Source: Akkermansiaceae bacterium (GTDB taxonomy: Bacteria; Verrucomicrobiota; Verrucomicrobiia; Verrucomicrobiales; Akkermansiaceae). Taken from it: a stretch of 45,702 nucleotides of DNA. The notes under the pieces were generated by a model. That model had not been told where the DNA came from and searched no databases. It worked only from the letters and a program-made list of their open reading frames with translations. Positions 9,716-17,015 of the stretch are shown here, piece after piece. The DNA is taken from positions 1 through 45,702 of the forward strand of contig JANPAU010000094.1 in NCBI GenBank assembly GCA_031430055.1, in the 5' to 3' direction. Each line of letters opens with the position of its first letter. Position 1 is the first letter of the stretch. Both the position numbers and the translations under genes were made by a program.

Positions 9716-10434
9716 GGTAATCCTTCCACTCCCGGCGGCTTCGCGATGTTGATGCCGCTCTGGATCTTCCGCCGCACCTCGCTGGCATTCATCGCCTCGA
9801 CCCGGCCATCTACAAACAGATAGATTGATCGCCCCTTCGTTCTGGCGGTCGATCCTCCACCAAAGCGGTCGGGGGAAATGTCATTGCAGACGGAGGACCA
9901 CGAGGTCCATAGATTGGAATGGGTATGGTCGTTTCCCGGCCCGACTCCGGTGCGGTCGGAGCAGATGAAGCAGAGGATCGTGCGTGAAGGCTCGGGAATC
10001 GCGGTCAGGCGGTTCAACTGCGGACCGACCGGATTCCCAAACGGTCCCAGCTGCGGGACAAACAGATAGCTGTTGAGAATGTAGCTGCTGCCCTTCGCCT
10101 CACGCCGGGCGACCGCTTTCGGATCGGCAGGGCAAATGCGGGCTTCGTCGAAATTTCCCATGTAGCCCTGCAACGCATAAATCCACGCTCTGCCGAGACT
10201 GGCGGTGTGAGTCGTCTCGGGAAATTTGCCGCCGTTGTCGTCGGCATACATCCGGATCGCGACGCCGATGTTCCGCAGGTTCGAGCTGCTTGCTGCCTGC
10301 TTTGCGGAGGCAATCGCAGTCTTGCCGCCGATCGCGGCCAAGGTGCCGAGAGCACCCACGATCGCGATGACCACCAGCAGCTCGAGCAAAGTGAACCCTT
10401 GACGACGGTTCGTGACGGAAGATTCAAACGGCAT
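9712..10434 (-). CDS. Prepilin-type N-terminal cleavage/methylation protein (H-X9-DG-related)
   Basis: QG|FTLLELLVVIAIVG, SSNLRNIG, YLFVDGRVE; His motifs PETTH and NDHTH. Confidence 0.92.
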   Translation of the reverse strand: MPFESSVTNRRQGFTLLELLVVIAIVGALGTLAAIGGKTAIASAKQAASSSNLRNIGVAIRMYADDNGGKFPETTHTASLGRAWIYALQGYMGNFDEARICPADPKAVARREAKGSSYILNSYLFVPQLGPFGNPVGPQLNRLTAIPEPSRTILCFICSDRTGVGPGNDHTHSNLWTSWSSVCNDISPDRFGGGSTARTKGRSIYLFVDGRVEAMNASEVRRKIQSGINIAKPPGVEGLP

Positions 10435-10463
10435 GGCTTGGAAATAAGACAGTAATAATGCTC

Positions 10464-10480
10464 ATGCAAACAAAATGCAT
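10464..10480. promoter_or_regulatory. Putative Zur/Fur-family operator box 1
   Basis: ATGCA-AACAAAA-TGCAT inverted repeat in the AT-rich divergent promoter region. Confidence 0.65.
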
Positions 10481-10497
10481 CAATTGTGATTATTTAA

Positions 10498-10514
10498 TTG
10501 CAGTTTAAATGCGT
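10498..10514. promoter_or_regulatory. Putative Zur/Fur-family operator box 2
   Basis: TTGCAGTTTAAATGCGT; 15/17 identical to the reverse complement of the box at 16798-16814. Confidence 0.7.
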
Positions 10515-10549
10515 TATTGTCTTTTTGTCGCGTCATCAACCATCACTTC

Positions 10550-11257
10550 ATGAAACTAAACACATCATTCCTCCTCGTTGGATTTGCTCTAACCGCCTCC
10601 GCCTCCGCCTCCGCAGCCACACTCACTAAGGGCCATGTCGATTTCATCGGCATCGCCTATGACGGCACGAACTTTGAACCTCACAGCCATGTCGAAAGTG
10701 GCGTGGTCGATGGCGTGCCAATCGTCGATGTCGAGTTTGGTGCAGGCGACTTGATCATTCAAATTTCAGCCACCACCACCCGCGATGCCGGATCGGCTTT
10801 CGTACCGATCGGTGTCGGCGCTGGCGAAAGCTACTGGACCGCAACGGAAAGCGCGGACGAGAACATCTTGCCCTTGGTGGGATTCGGCCTTGAGGAACTC
10901 GATCCCCTCGACTGGAGTTCGAACATCACCGTCACGCTGACCGGAGCCTCAATTCCAATGGATGCGGTGTTTTCAACTTGGAAGGGCGAAGTGACACCCG
11001 TTTTCTCCTTCAGCACCTTGGACGGCCTCACTGCCGCCGATTCCGTCTCCTTGGTGCCCGGCGCACACATCGACTACAACTGGGGATTCACCAAAGTGGG
11101 AAATTACGAACTCACCTTCCTGATCGAAGGCACCCATGCGGTCGATGGTTTTAAATCCACCACTGCATCTTACGCCTTCGCGGTGATTCCTGAGCCGTCT
11201 GCCGCCTTGCTCGGTGCGTTTGGCGCACTTGGGTTGCTGCGCCGCCGTAGGAACTGA
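10550..11257 (+). CDS. PEP-CTERM protein with a choice-of-anchor M (TIGR03769-like) domain
   Basis: ATG at 10550 gives signal peptide MKLNTSFLLVGFALTASASASA; GHVD, HSH, AHIDYNWGFTKVGNY; canonical IPEPSAALLGAFGALGLLRRRRN. Confidence 0.9.
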   Translation: MKLNTSFLLVGFALTASASASAATLTKGHVDFIGIAYDGTNFEPHSHVESGVVDGVPIVDVEFGAGDLIIQISATTTRDAGSAFVPIGVGAGESYWTATESADENILPLVGFGLEELDPLDWSSNITVTLTGASIPMDAVFSTWKGEVTPVFSFSTLDGLTAADSVSLVPGAHIDYNWGFTKVGNYELTFLIEGTHAVDGFKSTTASYAFAVIPEPSAALLGAFGALGLLRRRRN

Positions 11258-11273
11258 CTGATAGAGGGAAAGG

Positions 11274-11397
11274 GTTGACTACGGATTACACGGATGAACG
11301 GACTTTAGTGAAGTGATGAAAACCGAGAAACCCACCTTCGAAGCGAGCTGGCTGTCAGTGAGAATTCTAGATTTCATCTCCGTAAATCCGTAGTTAG
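11274..11397. repeat. Intergenic inverted repeat (ACTACGGAT...ATCCGTAGT type)
   Basis: GACTACGGATTACACGGATGAA ... TTCATCTCCGTAAATCCGTAGTT; architecture similar to the repeat at 22962-23058. Confidence 0.6.
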
Positions 11398-11426
11398 ATC
11401 ATCTAAAAAGTCGCTCAACGCCAACC

Positions 11427-11458
11427 AAGCCTCGGCGGAACCCGTCGAGGCTTTTTTT
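11427..11458 (+). terminator. Rho-independent terminator
   Basis: AAGCCTCGGCGG-AAC-CCGTCGAGGCTT followed by a T run. Confidence 0.8.
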
Positions 11459-11481
11459 CACTGAAATTTCCACCAATTCCC

Positions 11482-13950
11482 ATGATTCTGAGAACCATGA
11501 AATCCTGCCTATTCGCGTTCTGGGCAGTCTTTCCCACACTCGCCGCCGCCCAGACTGCGCCGACGATTTCCAACGTGACCAATAAAACCACGCTGGAAAC
11601 CACAACCTCGGCAGCCATCGCCTTCACCATTGGCGATGCGGAAACTCTAGCTGCCGATCTCGTTGTCACGGCCACCTCCTCCGATCTCACCTTGATTCCT
11701 GCGGCGGGAATCTTGCTCAGTGGCAGTGAGTCAAGCCGCACCGTGACGCTGACACCCGCCAGCGGTCTATCAGGCAGTGCGACGATCACGCTCACCGTGA
11801 CCGATGCAGATTTGCAAACTATCACCGACTCTTTCGTGCTGACCGTGCATCCCGTTTACAGCATCCCCGGCGAGACGATTCCAGATCTCGTCATGGACGC
11901 AGACGCATCCGTCACCGTGAACTATCAGATCCCGGACGCCACATGGGTTTCCTCCGCCAGCCGCACGAATATCACGCTGCTCAAGTCCGTCGGCACATCT
12001 TCTAGCAGCGCGATTCGCCTCCAGCCGACATCCGGTGGCACCGCGCGCACGCTCCGCATCAAGCCCGACGACCGCAGCACCTCGGTCGGGTTTTACGGGA
12101 TTTCTAACGTCACTTTGGCACTCGCAGGCAGTGGCGCACCGACCCTGCCCACGTTCCTTGTCAGGGTGAATCCCCGCGCCGTGGCGGACAATAATCTCCT
12201 CGGCATCCCCGGCACCACCAGCACCTTCGACGTATTGGCAAATGACGTAATCCCGCTGCCCGGCCACGCGTTTGCCATCACCGCCGTCACCACACCTGCT
12301 CATGGGACGGTGGAAATTTCCGCCAGCGGCTCGCTCGTCCGCTACACGCCAACCGCAGGCTATCTCGGCCCGGACGCATTCGAATACACCGTTACTATCA
12401 GCTCGGCAGACGAATTCAATGGCTTCACCTTCACCGGCATCGGCTACGTCACGGTGGGAAATTACATCGTCGTCGATTCACCGACCGCCGCGCAACACAC
12501 CGACATTGGCCTGAATTACACCAACGGCGTCTGGACCCAAAACATCGAGTCAGATGCCGCTGTCTCAGGTTCGGTGGAGAGCGGAACTTTTTCCCCGACG
12601 ATTTTGGACTCGGACGAAGGTGTCCTTTTCCTTGACCCATCCACCAAGGAATCCCGGCCTGCGGACAGCATTTACGACTTCATCGGCATCCCCGCCGGGG
12701 CCCACATGTGGCGTGGCCCCAGCTCGCCCGTGGGCGACAAAATCTATCTCGGAATCGCCAGTGAGGAAACCTCGCCATCCACGCTCATCGCCTACGAGAC
12801 GGCCGATCCCCGAGCCGTCGGAACCACCCACTGGGTCGAGACCCGGCTGGTCAATTTCACCGGACCCGGCCATTTCGCCGCCTTCGATTTTACCAGTCCC
12901 CTCCGCGTCCATTTCGACACCGCGGACGGCGTGAACAGCCCCACGGATGCCGCAGTCGGAGTAAATCCCACGGATACTTTTTTCGGTTTTGCAGGCTCCC
13001 ACGCGCACATCAACTGGGTTTTCACCCAACCCGGTCGCTACGCCCTCACCTTCCGCTCGCGGGTCAATACGGCCGCTGGCTTCATCACCAGCCCGGACGT
13101 CACCTACTATTTCAACGTGGACACCATCACCAACAGTGCCCGCCTCGGGGAAAATCCACCGCTCGTCTTGGCCGATGCAGCCGCCGTGCTAGAAGACAGC
13201 GGCCCGTTCGCTATCGACGTGCTGACCAACGATTCCTCCTCACCCGATCCGCTGGAACTGCTCACCATCACCGGGAAAACCGATGGCACCCACGGCACCG
13301 TCGCCCACTCTGCTAGCGGTCTGACCTACACACCTGCGGTAAATTTCGCGGGCAGCGACAGCTTTACCTACACCGTCGCCGACGAGCACGGCGGCACCGC
13401 CACTGCCAGCGTGGCCGTCACCGTCACCGCCGTGAACGACGCGCCCATTTTCGCTGGTTACTCCATCGAGACTCCGCGCAACCAAGCCGTCACCCTTGCC
13501 ATCGCCACTCTACTCGCAGCCACCAGCGACCCAGAAAACGACACGGTCACCCTCACCGCCTTCGCGCCCGTTAGCACCGCGAGCGGCACGGTCACCTCGG
13601 ATGCAAGCAGCCTCTTCTATCAGCCACCCACCGACTTCACGGGAGCAGACACGTTCACCGTCACCTTCAGCGATTCCCAAGGTGCTCAAACCGTCGCAAG
13701 CATCCAGATCGGGGTCATCGCACCTTCGCCGCCCTCCTTCACTGGCCTTGAAATTCTGCCCAACGCCGCCGCCCGGATTTCCTACACCGGCGTGCCCGGC
13801 AGAAGTTATCGTATCGAGCGCTCACTAACTCTTGCCGATGATTGGACGCCCGTCGGTGCCACCCTCGCAGACGAGTCAGGAAACCTCATTTTCCTCGATC
13901 CCGAAGCCCCAGCGGACCGCGCATTTTATCGCTGCATCGCGCTTCCGTGA
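11482..13950 (+). CDS. Large secreted protein: cadherin/Big_9-like repeats, choice-of-anchor M domain and C-terminal FYR-type domain
   Basis: Signal peptide; DVLAND...YTP...GxDxFxY repeats, VNDAP; QHTDIG and GSHAHINWVFTQPGRY; ends YRIERS...W...FLDP...RAFYR. Confidence 0.88.
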   Translation: MILRTMKSCLFAFWAVFPTLAAAQTAPTISNVTNKTTLETTTSAAIAFTIGDAETLAADLVVTATSSDLTLIPAAGILLSGSESSRTVTLTPASGLSGSATITLTVTDADLQTITDSFVLTVHPVYSIPGETIPDLVMDADASVTVNYQIPDATWVSSASRTNITLLKSVGTSSSSAIRLQPTSGGTARTLRIKPDDRSTSVGFYGISNVTLALAGSGAPTLPTFLVRVNPRAVADNNLLGIPGTTSTFDVLANDVIPLPGHAFAITAVTTPAHGTVEISASGSLVRYTPTAGYLGPDAFEYTVTISSADEFNGFTFTGIGYVTVGNYIVVDSPTAAQHTDIGLNYTNGVWTQNIESDAAVSGSVESGTFSPTILDSDEGVLFLDPSTKESRPADSIYDFIGIPAGAHMWRGPSSPVGDKIYLGIASEETSPSTLIAYETADPRAVGTTHWVETRLVNFTGPGHFAAFDFTSPLRVHFDTADGVNSPTDAAVGVNPTDTFFGFAGSHAHINWVFTQPGRYALTFRSRVNTAAGFITSPDVTYYFNVDTITNSARLGENPPLVLADAAAVLEDSGPFAIDVLTNDSSSPDPLELLTITGKTDGTHGTVAHSASGLTYTPAVNFAGSDSFTYTVADEHGGTATASVAVTVTAVNDAPIFAGYSIETPRNQAVTLAIATLLAATSDPENDTVTLTAFAPVSTASGTVTSDASSLFYQPPTDFTGADTFTVTFSDSQGAQTVASIQIGVIAPSPPSFTGLEILPNAAARISYTGVPGRSYRIERSLTLADDWTPVGATLADESGNLIFLDPEAPADRAFYRCIALP

Positions 13951-14000
13951 GTTCCAGCCAAACATCCGCGCATCATCTTTTTGTAGTGCGGTACGATCAA

Positions 14001-14315
14001 TCACCTCATCACCTTCAGATTCGCAGGCCACGGATCGGGGAAAATACCGCCTTGCTGCCAGTGTTCGATTTCCTCCTCAGTGCAAAAGCAGTCCAGTAGC
14101 TCCCTACCGAAAATTTCCAAATCGCGGGCGTGGCCGATGAGAGTTAGCTCGCAGGAACGGTCGCCAAAGACCGGATGCAGGCTCGGAAGGATGAGAAGCA
14201 GCAACGGGGTGACCGCGCAGTGGATGGCACAGAGAACGGAGGCGAGCACGCCGATGCGATCCGCGTCTAGCGGACTGGCGACGGCGGTTTCAGGAAAAGT
14301 GGTGGCGGGCATCAT
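14001..14315 (-). pseudogene. Chimeric remnant: MerC-family N-terminus fused to a COG0523 (CobW_C) C-terminus
   Basis: DRIGVLASVLCAIHCAVTPLL (MerC) followed by FGDRSCELTLIG...LLDCFCTEEE...DPWP, which aligns by eye with the tail of the neighbouring GTPase. Confidence 0.72.
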
Positions 14316-14537
14316 TCAAGGAGTGCGGTGGATGGCTTCTTCCTCGGCCCGGCGGAACCATGCGATGACTTGAGTGAGGTATTCTTCGCCGTAAGTTTCG
14401 CGGAAACTCCGGGTCGAGGGGATGGAGGAATCTGCCAGCGCCAACAACCGCTCGCGGCAATAGGCGGCGGTGAGTTCGAGACCACAGCGGACGGTGATGG
14501 TGTATCGCCATTCGGTAAAATCGCTAAAGGTGTGCAT
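14316..14537 (-). CDS. Small hypothetical protein (about 73 aa)
   Basis: ATG at 14537, 4 nt after the upstream stop; MHTFSDFTEWRYTITVRCGLELT...YGEEYLTQVIAWF; stop abuts the next start. Confidence 0.75.
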   Translation of the reverse strand: MHTFSDFTEWRYTITVRCGLELTAAYCRERLLALADSSIPSTRSFRETYGEEYLTQVIAWFRRAEEEAIHRTP

Positions 14538-14541
14538 GGGA

Positions 14542-15042
14542 TCAGGGGATGAGAGATTTCCGCAAGGCGGCCACGCATTCCTGCCAGAAGGCGGCTTCCA
14601 TCGCCTCGTAGCGGACGACATCTGCGGCGATGTGAGTGGTGTGGAGGATGTTGCTTGGTTCGGCTAACAAGTCTTCATATAGCGAGCTGAGGACGTAGTG
14701 ACGGACCTCATCTGCGTCGGCGAGGATGGCGCTGGGATCTTCGCGTCGCAGTTCCGTTTCGAGGGCGCATACCACTCGCTCCAGCGCGGCAGCATCCAGC
14801 GTGAAGCCCATTCTCAGTGCGGAAACCCGGTGTTCTTCGATGATGGCCAGCAAGCGTTTCACGATCCGGCGGGTCTCACCCTTGCGGTCTTCGATTTCCT
14901 GCGGCGGCTTGACTGGCTCCAGTTCCGGCAGTGGAGAAATGCCGCCCGGCGAGATTGGCGAATGGCTGCCGATTTCGGAAATGAGCACGCGCCGCTTCGG
15001 CAGGGCTGGGATGTTAGGTTCGTCCATCGGGTTCACGACCAT
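14542..15042 (-). CDS. Hypothetical protein
   Basis: 166-aa helical-looking ORF overlapping the GTPase stop and in operon geometry. Confidence 0.7.
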   Translation of the reverse strand: MVVNPMDEPNIPALPKRRVLISEIGSHSPISPGGISPLPELEPVKPPQEIEDRKGETRRIVKRLLAIIEEHRVSALRMGFTLDAAALERVVCALETELRREDPSAILADADEVRHYVLSSLYEDLLAEPSNILHTTHIAADVVRYEAMEAAFWQECVAALRKSLIP

Positions 15043-16211
15043 TTCTGAAAGGGATCGGTCATCTGCGCCCAGCCGGAAGGCCCACGCCGGTATTCGTCAT
15101 CGGTGAGCAGTGCATCATCCAGCAGACCTTCCAAGATTTCCCGGTCCAAGCCCTGCCCGATGAGCACGATTTCCTGACGACGGTCGCCCCATGGCTCTTC
15201 CCAAGATTTTTTTAACGCTGCGAGGGAATCTTCATCGGCGGGTCGGCGATCTTCGGGGATGGCCGCCCAGAAATGTCCCGCACAACTGTTCCGGGCAATG
15301 ACTCCAGCCTGCGACCAGAACCCAGCATGGTCCGGGCGCGAGGCGAGCCAGAACACGCCCTTGGAGCGGATGACACCCGGCCATTCGCAGGAAATCAACT
15401 CGTGAAAACGAGCCGGGTGAAACGGTCGTCGTCGCTGATAGATAAAGTTAGAAATTCCATACTCTTCCGTCTCAGGTGTGTGGTGGACGAGCGAATCGAG
15501 CCAACCGGGGGATTTTTCCGCCTCCGCTTGAGAGTAGAGACCGGTGTTCAGAATCATCGCAGGAGCGACTTCGCCATGGGTAGTCTCGATGACGCGAGCC
15601 TTGGGATTGAGGGAACGGACCATGCCCGTCACTGTCGCGAGGTCGGTTGCACTCACGCAGTCCGCCTTGTTGACGATGATGATATTGGCGAACTCGATTT
15701 GATCGGTGAGCAGATCCACCAAGGTGCGCTCGTCCCCCTCCCCCACCGCTTGTTTGCGGTCTTGCAGTCGTTCAGGGCTGGCGTAGTCGCGCAAAAAATT
15801 TGGCGCATCTACCACTGTGACCATGCAGTCGATCTGGGCGAGGCTGGAGAGAGAGAAACCATTTTCATCCTCGAAGGTGAAGGTTTCCGCGACGGGCATC
15901 GGCTCGGAAACGCCGGTGGACTCGATGAGCAACGCATCGAAACGGCCCTCCTTCGCGAGGCGTGTCACCTCTAACATGAGATCCTCACGCAGCGTGCAGC
16001 AAATGCAGCCATTGGACATTTCCACCATTTTTTCCTCAGTGTGGGAAAGCGCGGCATCGCCCCGGCGGAGCGTCTCGGCATCGACGTTGACCTCGCTCAT
16101 GTCGTTGACGATCACGGCGACTTTGAGGCCCGCGCGATTGCGAAGGATATGGTTGAGGAGAGTGGTTTTCCCGGCTCCAAGGAAGCCGGAAAGGACGGTG
16201 ACAGGTAGCAT
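15033..16211 (-). CDS. COG0523/CobW-family zinc metallochaperone GTPase (ZigA/YciC-like)
   Basis: LPVTVLSGFLGAGKTT, IVNDMSE, NGCICCTLREDL, IESTG, NKAD, RSKG, WGDRRQEIVLIG; start assigned at ATG 16211. Confidence 0.95.
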   Translation of the reverse strand: MLPVTVLSGFLGAGKTTLLNHILRNRAGLKVAVIVNDMSEVNVDAETLRRGDAALSHTEEKMVEMSNGCICCTLREDLMLEVTRLAKEGRFDALLIESTGVSEPMPVAETFTFEDENGFSLSSLAQIDCMVTVVDAPNFLRDYASPERLQDRKQAVGEGDERTLVDLLTDQIEFANIIIVNKADCVSATDLATVTGMVRSLNPKARVIETTHGEVAPAMILNTGLYSQAEAEKSPGWLDSLVHHTPETEEYGISNFIYQRRRPFHPARFHELISCEWPGVIRSKGVFWLASRPDHAGFWSQAGVIARNSCAGHFWAAIPEDRRPADEDSLAALKKSWEEPWGDRRQEIVLIGQGLDREILEGLLDDALLTDDEYRRGPSGWAQMTDPFQKWS

Positions 16212-16216
16212 GATTG

Positions 16217-16780
16217 TTAGGATTTGAGTAAATCTTTCGGGCGCGGTGGGTCTCCAGCGGCAGCGAGTTCCCACCATTTCAGGGCCAACTCGGGTGGCAA
16301 CCAGGGTTTGCCCTTGGGCAGTTTTTTGAGAGTGCGCCAGCAGTCCGTCCGCCACGCCGCGCCGAGTTCGCAGACGATCCATTTTTCATAAACGACGAGC
16401 CACTCGATCAACGGGTGCGCCGCCTGCCAACGCTCGACAGCAGCACCTGGCACACCTGATTCTCGGCCCGGAATCGGGGCGCGATTTGCGTGCCATAGGT
16501 CGATGCGCCCGGTCGCCCGCGAGAAAGTGCAGCCCGGCATTTCGTCAGCGGTCACATAGGTGACCACCGCTCCGTGGAGCTCGATCAGCCCGTTTCTCCA
16601 AGCCATCGAGTAGCAGCTCGTGCCCGTAAGACCGGATGAGGGCGCACGCTCCAAGCCGAAGTGCACCAAGGCATTTCCGTCGAAATGCCGCACATCCCGG
16701 CCCCAAAAAACCATTTGCTGCGCGAGACCCCGGGCGGCGTCATTCAGAATTACTGGAATCGCAGCGCAGAGAGTTAACAT
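16217..16780 (-). CDS. Hypothetical Trp-rich protein, first gene of the COG0523 operon
   Basis: 187-aa ORF ending 5 nt before the GTPase start and directly downstream of an operator box; QQMVFWGRDV...GxSCY...IELHG. Confidence 0.75.
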   Translation of the reverse strand: MLTLCAAIPVILNDAARGLAQQMVFWGRDVRHFDGNALVHFGLERAPSSGLTGTSCYSMAWRNGLIELHGAVVTYVTADEMPGCTFSRATGRIDLWHANRAPIPGRESGVPGAAVERWQAAHPLIEWLVVYEKWIVCELGAAWRTDCWRTLKKLPKGKPWLPPELALKWWELAAAGDPPRPKDLLKS

Positions 16781-16797
16781 CCTTTAAATGTCAATTA

Positions 16798-16814
16798 ACG
16801 CATTTTAATTGCAA
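16798..16814. promoter_or_regulatory. Putative Zur/Fur-family operator box 3
   Basis: ACGCATTTTAATTGCAA (reverse complement TTGCAATTAAAATGCGT), 17 nt upstream of the operon start codon. Confidence 0.7.
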
Positions 16815-17015
16815 CAACAAATTTTAAGTATATTCACTCTTTGCGATTGCAAAGATTCGGCGATTTTTGGCTCAGGTTGCGATAGGACTATTTTTAAAAA
16901 TCCCCGAGCCTTCGTCAGCTCTACTTGGCATGTTTGGCGGGCTCGCCCTTCTTCGGCGTTGCCGTTGACTCATGATCCCACTTGAGTCCAAGGGTCTCGT
17001 GCATGAGAGTCAGCC

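Noticed and set aside
14001-14315. Mercury-resistance operon suggested by the MerC-like segment
   Set aside because: No merR, merA, merT or merP; the segment is truncated and lies in a COG0523 operon
16212-16382. N-terminal extension of the COG0523 ORF in the track
   Set aside because: It overlaps the upstream gene; the family begins at MLPVTVLSG (16211)
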